A stretch of DNA of 64,000 nt, taken from IMG/VR virus record IMGVR_UViG_3300032265_001591, positions 9,724 to 73,723 of that record, one strand, 5' to 3'. The notes beneath the pieces are model-generated. The model saw only the letters and a list, made by a program, of their open reading frames with translations. It ran no database searches and had not been told where the DNA came from. Positions 9,044 to 18,098 of this stretch are shown here, in pieces (the first letter of the stretch is position 1; each line of letters opens with the position of its first letter). A program made the translations under genes and the position numbers. Origin of the DNA: a virus.

Positions 9044-9387
9044 TGAAAACACTATCTCAATTTATTTTAGAAACTGTTTCTAAGATTGATCATGATCTCA
9101 GTGAAGAGTATATTGCGGAACGAGGTGAAGATTCTAAAGGATATAGACGTCCTACAGAAAAGGGTGCAGGGCTAACTCGCAAAGGTGTTATGTTTTATCG
9201 TCGTCAAAATCCCGGTTCAACCCTACAAACTGCAGTAACGGGTAAAGTCAAGCCCGGATCTAAAGCAGCAAAGCGTAGGAAATCTTTCTGTGCACGCATG
9301 TCGGGTATGCCTGGTCCTATGAAAGATGAAAAGGGCAGACCAACACGAAAAGCCATGTCTCTTAGAAGATGGAGATGCAGAACATGA
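9043..9387 (+). CDS. Basic hypothetical protein with capsid-targeting N-terminus (DUF6321-like)
   Basis: MKTLSQFILE; RRKSFCARMSG...PTRKAMSLRRWRC. Confidence 0.7.
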   Translation: MKTLSQFILETVSKIDHDLSEEYIAERGEDSKGYRRPTEKGAGLTRKGVMFYRRQNPGSTLQTAVTGKVKPGSKAAKRRKSFCARMSGMPGPMKDEKGRPTRKAMSLRRWRCRT

Positions 9388-10082
9388 TATCTTTTAAAAC
9401 TTTTCTGCAGAGTATTGAAGAATCTGCAGATAAAGGTTTAGCTGCTAAAGTGAAAGCATCTGGTATTTCTATTGGAACTCTTCGTACGGTATATCGACGC
9501 GGTGTTGCAGCATGGAATTCTGGTCATCGTCCAGGTACAACTCCTCAACAATGGGGAATGGCCAGAGTCAACTCATATATTACAAAAGGTAAAGGCACAT
9601 ATCATGGTGCCGATAAAGATCTTCATGAAGTAGATTCTAGATTACATAAAGAACCATATCAAAGAGGTATGAGTCCTTCTATTGCTGCCGCTAGAGTAAG
9701 ACATTGGAAAAAGGCAGACAAATTATCTGATAGAAACCCAAGAGCATATGAACCAGCGCCAGGGGATGCTACTGCAAAAACTAAACTTAGTAAATTTACT
9801 AAAAAATATCATAAACTTTATGGTGAAGAAATTGGTATGCAAGAAGTTTGTTGGAAAGGCTATAAGAAAATTGGTATGAAGAAAAAAAGCAGTAAAATGG
9901 TGCCAAACTGCGTACCTATAAAAGAAGATAGTGAAGGTGTTGCTGCAAATAACATTGGATCAGGCAACATAAAAGGGTTTGATCCAATATTAGGATTCTC
10001 GCCAATGCAGAAAAGAAAAAAACCTAATGTTTCAGTTTTTCTTGCAAAAATAATTAAATCAAAAAAAGATAGTGTAAAATAA
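9384..10082 (+). CDS. Multi-module basic protein (DUF5824-like) with capsid-targeting N-terminus
   Basis: ATGA overlap gives start MISFKTFLQSIEE; VYRRGVAAW..GHRPG..PQQWGMARVNS and CWKGY...VPNCVP modules. Confidence 0.7.
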   Translation: MISFKTFLQSIEESADKGLAAKVKASGISIGTLRTVYRRGVAAWNSGHRPGTTPQQWGMARVNSYITKGKGTYHGADKDLHEVDSRLHKEPYQRGMSPSIAAARVRHWKKADKLSDRNPRAYEPAPGDATAKTKLSKFTKKYHKLYGEEIGMQEVCWKGYKKIGMKKKSSKMVPNCVPIKEDSEGVAANNIGSGNIKGFDPILGFSPMQKRKKPNVSVFLAKIIKSKKDSVK

Positions 10083-10091
10083 GATTTGATT

Positions 10092-10523
10092 ATGCAAATT
10101 AAACTCATTATTTTTATAGCAGTATTGACTTTATTAACCACGGTTATTGGTGGGTCTTATTATTATTATAAAACTTCTCAAGAATTAATAGCAGAACTTA
10201 ATCAAAAGAACGCAACGCTAAACATAACAATTGAAGAACAAAAACGTGCTATAGATTCTATTCAACAGTCTTTACAACAACAAACTGTTATTAGAGAAAA
10301 AATGCAAAAAGAAGTTCAATCTGCAAAAAAAGATATAGATAATTTACAAAATAAATTAAGTTCACATGATTTTAATAAAATTGCATCAAAAAAAATAACA
10401 CTTCTTGAAAAAAAAATTAATATTGCAACTGATGACGTAATAAGATGTTTTGAAATAGCAACAGGAAATAAGGTAAAACAAAATGAAACTAATCATCAGT
10501 GCCCTGATCTTATGCGTCCTTAG
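10092..10523 (+). CDS. Putative i-spanin (Rz-like)
   Basis: N-terminal TM helix followed by a long coiled coil; overlaps the downstream lipoprotein gene. Confidence 0.65.
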   Translation: MQIKLIIFIAVLTLLTTVIGGSYYYYKTSQELIAELNQKNATLNITIEEQKRAIDSIQQSLQQQTVIREKMQKEVQSAKKDIDNLQNKLSSHDFNKIASKKITLLEKKINIATDDVIRCFEIATGNKVKQNETNHQCPDLMRP

Positions 10524-10806
10524 TGGATGTTCAGCTTTTCAAACTAAAGAACCTGTAAAAATATCATGCATTCCTGTTGAAAAACCAAAATTACAAGTAG
10601 ATCTACCTTCTCCAGTAGCGTTGCAGTCAGTAAATTGGTCTCTTTTAATGAATAATAATGTATTATTGATTGCGTTGGATGAGCAAGGATATAAAGCTTT
10701 AAGTTTAAATAATGCTAAAATTCTAAAATATATAAGAGAACAAAATTCACTTATAACAGCTTATAGGAAATACTATGAGTCAGACACCAAATCAGAAAAA
10801 CATTAG
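10483..10806 (+). CDS. Putative o-spanin (Rz1-like lipoprotein)
   Basis: Lipobox LSGC, Pro-rich segment, 41-nt overlap with the i-spanin gene. Confidence 0.7.
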   Translation: MKLIISALILCVLSGCSAFQTKEPVKISCIPVEKPKLQVDLPSPVALQSVNWSLLMNNNVLLIALDEQGYKALSLNNAKILKYIREQNSLITAYRKYYESDTKSEKH

Positions 10807-11167
10807 CATGTTAGACAACGCTCAAGAATTAAAAACGCATGTTGCGCTTTTAGAAAAAGACGTAACGCAAATGACTATGTTTGTTGAAAAACTTGATTCT
10901 GCAATTGAAAAACTAGCAGATGTTTCAGCTTCAATTAAAGAATTACTTGCTGTACATGATCATAAACTTAACCAACAGTCTCAAGTTAATTCAGAGATTT
11001 ATGATATGATTAAACAATTGAAGATTGAAAATCATGCAGAACATTCTCAAACAAAACATGAACTTCAGAATTTAGCAAATCGAATTAATTCTCTTGAAAA
11101 ATGGAAATATAGCGTTGTAGGTGGAGCATTTGTTTTTGGTTCAGTTGTTTCGTATTTGCTAAAATAG
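10775..11167 (+). CDS. Coiled-coil protein with C-terminal TM helix (possible holin-like)
   Basis: Heptad pattern, LEKWKY followed by a hydrophobic C-terminus; adjacent to spanins. Confidence 0.55.
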   Translation: MSQTPNQKNISMLDNAQELKTHVALLEKDVTQMTMFVEKLDSAIEKLADVSASIKELLAVHDHKLNQQSQVNSEIYDMIKQLKIENHAEHSQTKHELQNLANRINSLEKWKYSVVGGAFVFGSVVSYLLK

Positions 11168-11169
11168 TA

Positions 11170-11198
11170 TTTACTTTTTTTCTCTTGATTGGTATAAT
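11170..11198 (+). promoter_or_regulatory. Sigma70-like early/middle promoter for primase-thyX-nrd
   Basis: TTTACT-N17-TATAAT. Confidence 0.65.
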
Positions 11199-11227
11199 CA
11201 ACTAAGTGAAAAAACATAGTATACTGT

Positions 11228-12250
11228 ATGAGTATTTGGATAGATTTGCAATATCTTGGTTTGGTCTCAAACCGTCTAGATAGATTTAAACAGAAAGATA
11301 AAGAAGTATTTAATTGTCGTTGTCCTCTGTGTTTGGATTCACAGAAAAGCAAAACAAAGGCAAGAGGATGGTTTTTCTCTAAATCAAATAAGTTAAGGTA
11401 CTACTGTCATAACTGTGGTGCTTCAATGTTATTTGGTACTTTCCTTAAAACATTTGATGCAATGTTGTATTCTGATTTCTTAAAAGAAACATTTATCGAA
11501 GATAACATTCATAATCCTTTGCCCGAGAAAACTCCTGATATAACGAATTTTGCTCCTCCTAAGTTCATGTCAGGCACTTCGCCTTTAAAGAGTTTGAAAA
11601 AGATTTCATCTTTGCCTGTAGATCATGCCTATAAAAAGTATGTGATGAAGAGAAAGATTCCATCTCATCACCAGTATAGATTATTCTATTGTGATTCATT
11701 TAAGAAATGGGTAAATACTTTTTTACCTGGTAAGTTTGAATCAACTGAAAATGATCATTCAAGATTAATTATTCCATTCATTGATCGTGAAAAGAATTTC
11801 TTTGGTTGTCAGGGCAGGAGTTTATCTTTTACAGGAATTAGATATATAACAATCATACTAGATGAAAACAAACCCAGAGTGTTTGGTCTAGACACATGTG
11901 ATCTTAAGAAAGATACGTATGTGTTTGAAGGACCAATTGATTCGTTGTTCTTTGATAATGCAATCGCCATGTGTGGATCTGATCTGTCTAAGTCCCTTGA
12001 TCTAGATAAGAGTAAAACTACTGTAGTGTTCGATAATGAACCTAGGTCAAAAGAGATCGTAAACAAGATTGATAAGTATATTAATCTGGGGTATAAAGTA
12101 TGCATCTGGCCCTCAAGGATTGAGCAGAAAGATGTGAACGATATGATCTTGGCGGGACGTGATCCCGAAGAACTTAAGATCATAGTTGATAGAAATACAT
12201 TTAGTGGAATAGAAGCTCAATTGCAATTACAAACGTGGAGAAAATGTTGA
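11228..12250 (+). CDS. gp61: DNA primase (T4 gp61-like)
   Basis: Zn ribbon CPLCLD...CHNC; TOPRIM EGPIDSLF, DNEPR, KDVND. Confidence 0.95.
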   Translation: MSIWIDLQYLGLVSNRLDRFKQKDKEVFNCRCPLCLDSQKSKTKARGWFFSKSNKLRYYCHNCGASMLFGTFLKTFDAMLYSDFLKETFIEDNIHNPLPEKTPDITNFAPPKFMSGTSPLKSLKKISSLPVDHAYKKYVMKRKIPSHHQYRLFYCDSFKKWVNTFLPGKFESTENDHSRLIIPFIDREKNFFGCQGRSLSFTGIRYITIILDENKPRVFGLDTCDLKKDTYVFEGPIDSLFFDNAIAMCGSDLSKSLDLDKSKTTVVFDNEPRSKEIVNKIDKYINLGYKVCIWPSRIEQKDVNDMILAGRDPEELKIIVDRNTFSGIEAQLQLQTWRKC

Positions 12251-12969
12251 TGAATAAGCAAGTTAAACTTGTTAATTATACCCGTGCTGATATGGATTTT
12301 ATGATTGACAATGGAAATGTTATCTTAGTAGATGATGTACAAGAAATGATTGCTTTCTGTGCCCGAGTATCAAATCCTAGTAATCAACAAAATAGTTCTA
12401 CTTCTGATAGGTTAATTAAGTACCTGGTAAAACATAAACATTGGTCTCCCTTTGAGATGGCAAGTGCCTGCATCGAGATCAATACGACTCGTGATATTGC
12501 TCGACAGATCTTGAGACATCGTTCTTTTTCTTTTCAAGAATTTAGTCAGCGATATGCAGATCCAACACAGGATCTTGGGTTCGAGTATCGTGAAGCAAGA
12601 CTTCAAGACACTAAGAATCGTCAGAACAGCATTGAAACAGATGATCGTGAATTAAATGCTATTTGGCTTGAGAAGCAACAAGCAGTTATTCGTGCAGCAA
12701 AAGATGCATATGAATTTGCTATTACTCAGGGTATCGCAAAAGAACAAGCACGTGTAGTTCTTCCAGAAGGACTAACTACTTCTAGGATGTATGTAAATGG
12801 AACAATTAGATCTTGGATTCATTACATTGAAGTACGTACAGATCCAAGTACACAAAAAGAACATCGTATCATTGCAGAACAATGCGCACAAGAACTATCT
12901 AAAGTAGTACCAATTATTTCTGAATTTGTATATAATAAGACACCTGTAGGTGAATGGCTAGGCCTCTAA
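12250..12969 (+). CDS. thyX: Flavin-dependent thymidylate synthase
   Basis: RHRSFSFQEFSQRY signature; TGATG overlap places the start at 12250. Confidence 0.97.
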   Translation: MNKQVKLVNYTRADMDFMIDNGNVILVDDVQEMIAFCARVSNPSNQQNSSTSDRLIKYLVKHKHWSPFEMASACIEINTTRDIARQILRHRSFSFQEFSQRYADPTQDLGFEYREARLQDTKNRQNSIETDDRELNAIWLEKQQAVIRAAKDAYEFAITQGIAKEQARVVLPEGLTTSRMYVNGTIRSWIHYIEVRTDPSTQKEHRIIAEQCAQELSKVVPIISEFVYNKTPVGEWLGL

Positions 12970-12987
12970 CACATAACGAGAAGAACT

Positions 12988-14796
12988 ATGACAACAAAAA
13001 CAAATTACATGGGCATCGACATTGATTACTCTCGTGATAATCTATTTGATGACTTAGGTGTTAAGCGGCTCAAAGAATCATATATGCTTGATTATGAGAC
13101 TTCACCACAAGAGAGGTTTGCATATGTTTCTAAAACTTTTGCATCGAATGATGCTCATGCTCAACGGCTGTATGAATATGCTTCTCATCATTGGTTGTCT
13201 TATTCTACTCCCATTCTTAGTTTTGGTCGTTCTGTTCGTGGCCTTCCCATTTCTTGTTTTCTTAATTATATTGAAGATACTGCGGAAGGTTTGGTTAACA
13301 ATCTCTCTGAAACGAGTTGGCTCAGTATGTTTGGCGGTGGTGTGGGGATTGGGTTTGGTATTCGCAGCGCCGGTGATAAGTCTACTGGCGTTATGCCACA
13401 TCTTAAGTTGTACGATGCGTCCAGTTTGGCGTTTAGGCAAGGACGTACTCGGCGTGGTTCTTATGCTGCCTATCTTGATATTAGTCATCCCGATATCATT
13501 AATTTTCTTGAAATGCGAAAGCCTACGGGGGACCAAAACCTCAGAGCATTAAACATGCATCATGGAATTAATATCACTGATGATTTTATGCAAATCATTG
13601 AAAGATGCATGTTAGATTCCGATGTTGATGATTCATGGAATCTAATTGATCCGCATAGCAAAGAAGTTCATGAAACAATTTCTGCAAGGGATCTTTGGCA
13701 ACGAATTCTAGAGACCAGAATGTTGACCGGTGAACCTTATTTGCATTTTATTGATACGAGTAATAAACATCTACCGCCCTGGCAAAAAGATCTAGGTCTT
13801 TCAGTTAAACAATCTAACCTTTGTTCAGAAATTGTTCTTCCTACTGGTAAGAACCGCACGGCAGTTTGTTGTTTGTCTTCAGTAAATTTGGAGTATTACG
13901 ATGAGTGGAAAGATAATGAGTTATTTCTTAAAGACATTGCTGAAATGCTTGATAATGTATTACAGTATTTCATTGATAACGCACCCGACTCTATCGCACG
14001 AGCAAAGTTTTCTGCTTGGTGTGAGCGTTCTATTGGGGTCGGTGCTCTTGGATTTCACGCGTATCTTCAAAGTAAAATGATTCCTTGGGAGTCGTCAATG
14101 GCTGTGGGATTAAATAAGAAAATCTTTAAGCATATTCGTGATAAACTTAATATTGCTAACGTACAACTTGGATTGTTTCGTGGATCTCCTCAAGATGCAT
14201 TTGGTACTGGGTTACGTTTTAGTCATCTAATGGCAATTGCTCCAAATGCTACAAGTTCAATCATCATGGGGAATACTTCTCCCTCTGTGGAACCATATAG
14301 AGCAAATGCATATCGTCAAGATACTTTATCTGGTTCTAGTTTTGTAAAGAATAAGTTTCTTGATAAACTATTATGGGAAAAGGTAGGCAATCACGATCAT
14401 AATGAACAAGAGATGGCAGATATTTGGTCATCTATTATTGCAAATGATGGTTCAGTTCAGCATCTAACAATACTTACTGATTGGGAAAAAGATGTATTTA
14501 AGACATCAATGGAAATTGATCAACGATGGGTAATTCAACATGCAGCGGACCGTCAAGAGCATATAGATCAAGCACAATCATTAAACACATTTTTTCGACC
14601 AGATGTAAATATTAAATATCTTCATGCAGTTCATTTCATGGCTTGGAAACAAGGATTAAAGACTCTTTATTATTGTCGTTCAGAGAAGATTGGAAAAGCA
14701 GATAAAGTTTCTAAGAAGATTCAAAGACAGATCATTCAAGAGATTGATTTAAAACAACTAATAGACGGTGATACCTGTCTAGCTTGCGAAGGGTAA
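12988..14796 (+). CDS. nrdA: Ribonucleotide reductase class I alpha subunit (no ATP cone)
   Basis: ISCF, SNLCSEI, VCCLSS, APNATSS, KTLYY, C-terminal CLACEG. Confidence 0.97.
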   Translation: MTTKTNYMGIDIDYSRDNLFDDLGVKRLKESYMLDYETSPQERFAYVSKTFASNDAHAQRLYEYASHHWLSYSTPILSFGRSVRGLPISCFLNYIEDTAEGLVNNLSETSWLSMFGGGVGIGFGIRSAGDKSTGVMPHLKLYDASSLAFRQGRTRRGSYAAYLDISHPDIINFLEMRKPTGDQNLRALNMHHGINITDDFMQIIERCMLDSDVDDSWNLIDPHSKEVHETISARDLWQRILETRMLTGEPYLHFIDTSNKHLPPWQKDLGLSVKQSNLCSEIVLPTGKNRTAVCCLSSVNLEYYDEWKDNELFLKDIAEMLDNVLQYFIDNAPDSIARAKFSAWCERSIGVGALGFHAYLQSKMIPWESSMAVGLNKKIFKHIRDKLNIANVQLGLFRGSPQDAFGTGLRFSHLMAIAPNATSSIIMGNTSPSVEPYRANAYRQDTLSGSSFVKNKFLDKLLWEKVGNHDHNEQEMADIWSSIIANDGSVQHLTILTDWEKDVFKTSMEIDQRWVIQHAADRQEHIDQAQSLNTFFRPDVNIKYLHAVHFMAWKQGLKTLYYCRSEKIGKADKVSKKIQRQIIQEIDLKQLIDGDTCLACEG

Positions 14797-14797
14797 T

Positions 14798-15769
14798 ATG
14801 ACAAATAAATTAAAACTTACAGACGAGCGTCAATATTTTAAACCGTTCTCTTATCCTTGGGCGTATGAATCGTGGCTTAAGCATGAACAATCTCATTGGA
14901 TTCATACTGAAGTTCCTATGCTTGAGGATGTTAAAGATTGGAAGAAACGTTTAAGTAAAGAAGAACAAACGTTTCTTACAAACATCTTTAGGTTCTTTAC
15001 TCAGGGTGACATCGATGTGGCTGGTGGATATGTCAATAACTATCTACCATATTTTCCACAACCAGAAGTAAGAATGATGCTTTGTGGTTTTGCTGCTCGC
15101 GAAGCTCTTCATGTTGCTGCATATTCTCATCTCATTGAGACTCTTGGAATGCCTGAGACAACATATAATGAATTCATGCAATATGAAGAGATGAAGGCTA
15201 AGCATGATTTCTTTGCTCAGATTGCAGGACAAGATGCTCAGACTATCGCTCAACAGATTGCAGCATTCTCAGCATTTACTGAGGGTATGCAGTTATTCTC
15301 ATCATTCATCATGTTACTTAATTTCCCTCGGCATGGTAAAATGAAGGGTATGGGACAGATCATTACTTGGTCTATCGTTGATGAAACAATGCATGCTGAA
15401 TCAATGATTAAATTGTTCAGAACGTTCATTGAAGAAAATAGAGATATTTGGAATGATGAACTGAAGTCTGAAATTTATAAGATTGCAGAAAAGATGGTAG
15501 AACTTGAAGACAAATTTATTGATCTAGCATTTTCAATTGGACCAATGGAGGGATTAGATGGAGATGGTGTTAAGCGTTATATCAGGTATATTGCTGATCG
15601 TAGGCTTATCTCTCTTGGGCTTAAAGGGATTTTCAAAGTAAAGAAAAACCCATTACCTTGGGTTGAAGAGATGGTCAATGCACCTATTCATACTAACTTC
15701 TTTGAGAATAGAGCTACAGATTATGCTAAGGGTGCGTTGACTGGTTCTTGGGAAAGTGTTTGGGCGTAA
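14798..15769 (+). CDS. nrdB: Ribonucleotide reductase class I beta subunit
   Basis: FFTQGD, EALH..AYS, EGMQLFSSF, DETMH, NFFENRATDY. Confidence 0.97.
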   Translation: MTNKLKLTDERQYFKPFSYPWAYESWLKHEQSHWIHTEVPMLEDVKDWKKRLSKEEQTFLTNIFRFFTQGDIDVAGGYVNNYLPYFPQPEVRMMLCGFAAREALHVAAYSHLIETLGMPETTYNEFMQYEEMKAKHDFFAQIAGQDAQTIAQQIAAFSAFTEGMQLFSSFIMLLNFPRHGKMKGMGQIITWSIVDETMHAESMIKLFRTFIEENRDIWNDELKSEIYKIAEKMVELEDKFIDLAFSIGPMEGLDGDGVKRYIRYIADRRLISLGLKGIFKVKKNPLPWVEEMVNAPIHTNFFENRATDYAKGALTGSWESVWA

Positions 15770-15781
15770 TATTCAATGAAC

Positions 15782-15822
15782 AATAAATATTAGCATCAGG
15801 GTGAATATTATGGTGCTAATAT
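15782..15822 (+). promoter_or_regulatory. Late promoter (AATAAATA) overlapping a hairpin that sequesters the RBS and start codon
   Basis: Arms ATATTAGCATCA (15787-15798) and TGGTGCTAATAT (15811-15822) pair over 12 bp and cover GGTG and the AT of ATG. Confidence 0.7.
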
Positions 15823-16234
15823 GTGGTTTTACGAAGAAAAAGAAATAGATCATGAACTTTCAATTAAATACTACGGCTTTATATATTGCATTGAGCATAT
15901 GCCATCAGGCAAAAAATATATAGGCCGTAAGTATTTCACTAAAGCTGCAACAAAGCAAGTCAAAGGAAAAAGAAAGAAGATCCGTAAAGACTCTGATTGG
16001 AAAGACTATTGGGGATCATCTACAAAACTCCTAGAAGAAATAGAAAAGCTCGGAAAAGAAAACTTTAAAAGAACAATCATACGATTATGTAAGACGCGTG
16101 GTGAATGTAACTATTGGGAAGCTAAGTTACAATTTGAACAAGACGTATTATGCGCAACTATGCAAAATGGTGAACCAGCATACTATAATGAAAATATAAT
16201 GATGAAGTTTACTCGAAGAAATATAGGAAAATAA
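15821..16234 (+). CDS. GIY-YIG family nuclease (single domain)
   Basis: GFIYCIE...KKYIGRK, YWGSS, NYWEAK, YYNENI. Confidence 0.85.
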   Translation: MWFYEEKEIDHELSIKYYGFIYCIEHMPSGKKYIGRKYFTKAATKQVKGKRKKIRKDSDWKDYWGSSTKLLEEIEKLGKENFKRTIIRLCKTRGECNYWEAKLQFEQDVLCATMQNGEPAYYNENIMMKFTRRNIGK

Positions 16235-16235
16235 T

Positions 16236-17120
16236 ATGAAAAGCATATATGAAACACAAAATTTAATGGTAAAACCTGCAAAGCATGGTATGTTTGCTTA
16301 TTACATGGATGATGATCCAATTGGAACGTGTTTATTTTTCTATGGAGAATGGGCTGAACAAGAATTTGAAGTCATTAAACGATTGATTACACCTAATACT
16401 AATTGTATTGACGTTGGATCAAACATTGGTACACATTCTGTTTGGTTATCTAAACAATGCCCTGGTGGCTATGTATTTTCCATAGAACCACAATTTTATA
16501 TCTTCCAGTTATTAAATACTAACATTGTTCTTAATGATTGTTTTAATGTTGTACCAATGAATATTGGTATTGCAAACACTACTGGACAAATGTTAGTGAA
16601 AGTTTCAACTACCGCTGGCGTAGGACACAAACAAAATTATGGTGAGTTCTCTCTTTTAAATCAACCTAATGATCAAGGTGTTCTAATTGACATTAAAAAA
16701 TTGGATGATCTCGAGTACATGGGAAATGAAATTGGGTTTATGAAAGTTGATTGTGAGTTGCTTGAAGCTCAAGTTCTTATGTCAGCGAGCAATATACTAA
16801 AAACTAGTAAACCAAATATGTACATTGAATTTAATTCTGTAAATGGAAATGATGAAGTACTTAGAATCTTAAATGAACATGATTATAATTGCTATTGGCA
16901 TGTATATGAAAAATTTAATGTAGATAATTTCAATAAACATCCAACCAACATTTATCTTGATGCAGATTGCTCTAAGACTGTGTATTACATATCAAAGTAT
17001 TTTGAATCAAATTTGATTGCTATTCATAAAGATAAAGATGAAGGACTGTTTACTGATAAGATCGAGATGGGTGACAACATTGCAAAGTGGCTATTACGGC
17101 ATAAATGGATAACATTATAG
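16236..17120 (+). CDS. FkbM-family methyltransferase
   Basis: IDVGSNIGTH, SIEPQ, MKVDCE, KPNMYIE. Confidence 0.85.
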   Translation: MKSIYETQNLMVKPAKHGMFAYYMDDDPIGTCLFFYGEWAEQEFEVIKRLITPNTNCIDVGSNIGTHSVWLSKQCPGGYVFSIEPQFYIFQLLNTNIVLNDCFNVVPMNIGIANTTGQMLVKVSTTAGVGHKQNYGEFSLLNQPNDQGVLIDIKKLDDLEYMGNEIGFMKVDCELLEAQVLMSASNILKTSKPNMYIEFNSVNGNDEVLRILNEHDYNCYWHVYEKFNVDNFNKHPTNIYLDADCSKTVYYISKYFESNLIAIHKDKDEGLFTDKIEMGDNIAKWLLRHKWITL

Positions 17121-17149
17121 TGTACTTATATGTTAATCTATAGTAGTAT
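17121..17149 (+). promoter_or_regulatory. Sigma70-like promoter of the tRNA cluster
   Basis: TGTACT-N17-TAGTAT. Confidence 0.6.
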
Positions 17150-17160
17150 AGATATGTATT

Positions 17161-17234
17161 CTGCCTATAGCTCAGTTGGATAGAGCACTAGCCTTCTAAG
17201 CTGGTGGTCGGGGGTTCGAATCCCTCTAGGCAGG
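17161..17234 (+). tRNA. tRNA-Arg(UCU), no encoded CCA
   Basis: Acceptor CTGCCTA/TAGGCAG, anticodon loop CT-TCT-AA, TTCGAAT T-loop; followed by CCC. Confidence 0.93.
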
Positions 17235-17265
17235 CCCTTGGAGTCTTAGTCAAGACTCGAACTTT

Positions 17266-17273
17266 TATAAATA
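17266..17273 (+). promoter_or_regulatory. T4-type late promoter TATAAATA for the homing endonuclease
   Basis: Exact consensus followed by RBS AGGAGG. Confidence 0.75.
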
Positions 17274-17289
17274 AGTGTAGGAGGCTTTT

Positions 17290-17925
17290 ATGCACTACAC
17301 AATTTATAAAGTTACAAACAAGATAGATGGCAAGATCTATATTGGATCTCATAAGACCAAAAATCTTGATGACGGCTACATGGGTTCAGGTAAGTATCTT
17401 AAACGAGCAATAGAGAAATACGGTATTGAAAATTTTGAAAAAGAAATACTGTTCGTTTACGACAACCCTGAAGCTATGTATCAAAAAGAAGGCGAAATTG
17501 TTAACGAAGATTTTCTCTCTACAGAAAACACTTACAACTTGAAAGTTGGTGGATTTGGTGGATGGGATTACATAAATCAGAATGACTTAAGTGGCGGAGG
17601 TTGGCGAAAGTCATCATCAGAAAAAAAATCTAAATCTGGTAGATTTGGAGGAATTACAGCATTCAATAAAAAAGTTGGAATCTTTAGTGAAGAGTCAAAA
17701 AATAAATCAAAAAAGACGCTGTTGGAAAAATATCCTAACGGCACCTTTTATGGAAAAACTCATTCCGAAGAAGCCAAAAAGATTATATCGCAACGAAATT
17801 CTATGATGCAATCCGGTGAAAAAAATTCACAATATGGCACGATGTGGATCACTAATGGCATTAAAAATGCAAAAATTAAAAGAAATGACGCTATTCCGGA
17901 TGGGTGGCAAAAAGGAAGAAAATGA
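17290..17925 (+). mobile_element. Free-standing Seg-like GIY-YIG homing endonuclease inside the tRNA cluster
   Basis: YTIYKVTNKIDGKIYIG, YMGSG, YNLKVGG; NUMOD3-like FYGKTHSEEAKKIIS and GEKNSQYGTMWITNG. Confidence 0.9.
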
Positions 17926-17927
17926 AC

Positions 17928-18004
17928 GCGAGTGTAATCCAATCGGTAGAGATAAGGGACTTAAAATCCCTAAAGTGTGGGTTCGAATCCCACCACTCGT
18001 ACCA
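17928..18004 (+). tRNA. tRNA-Leu(UAA) with short variable loop
   Basis: Acceptor GCGAGTG/CACTCGT, anticodon loop CT-TAA-AA, ends ACCA. Confidence 0.9.
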
Positions 18005-18012
18005 AACACAAC

Positions 18013-18088
18013 GCCCACGTAGCTCAGTGGTTAGAGCAGACGGCTTATATCCGTCCGGTCGGTGGTTCAATTCCATCCGTGGGTACCA
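18013..18088 (+). tRNA. tRNA-Ile(UAU)
   Basis: Acceptor GCCCACG/CGTGGGT, anticodon loop CT-TAT-AT, ends ACCA. Confidence 0.9.
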
Positions 18089-18098
18089 AATAAAATAT

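Noticed and set aside
13058-13552. Long alternative-frame and antisense ORFs inside nrdA (164 aa and 144 aa)
   Set aside because: Fully nested in a conserved gene, with no evident RBS or recognisable motifs; most likely shadow ORFs.
12988-15769. Possible intron or intein in nrdA/nrdB (common in T4-like phages)
   Set aside because: Both ORFs are continuous and of compact length, with no intein splice motifs seen.
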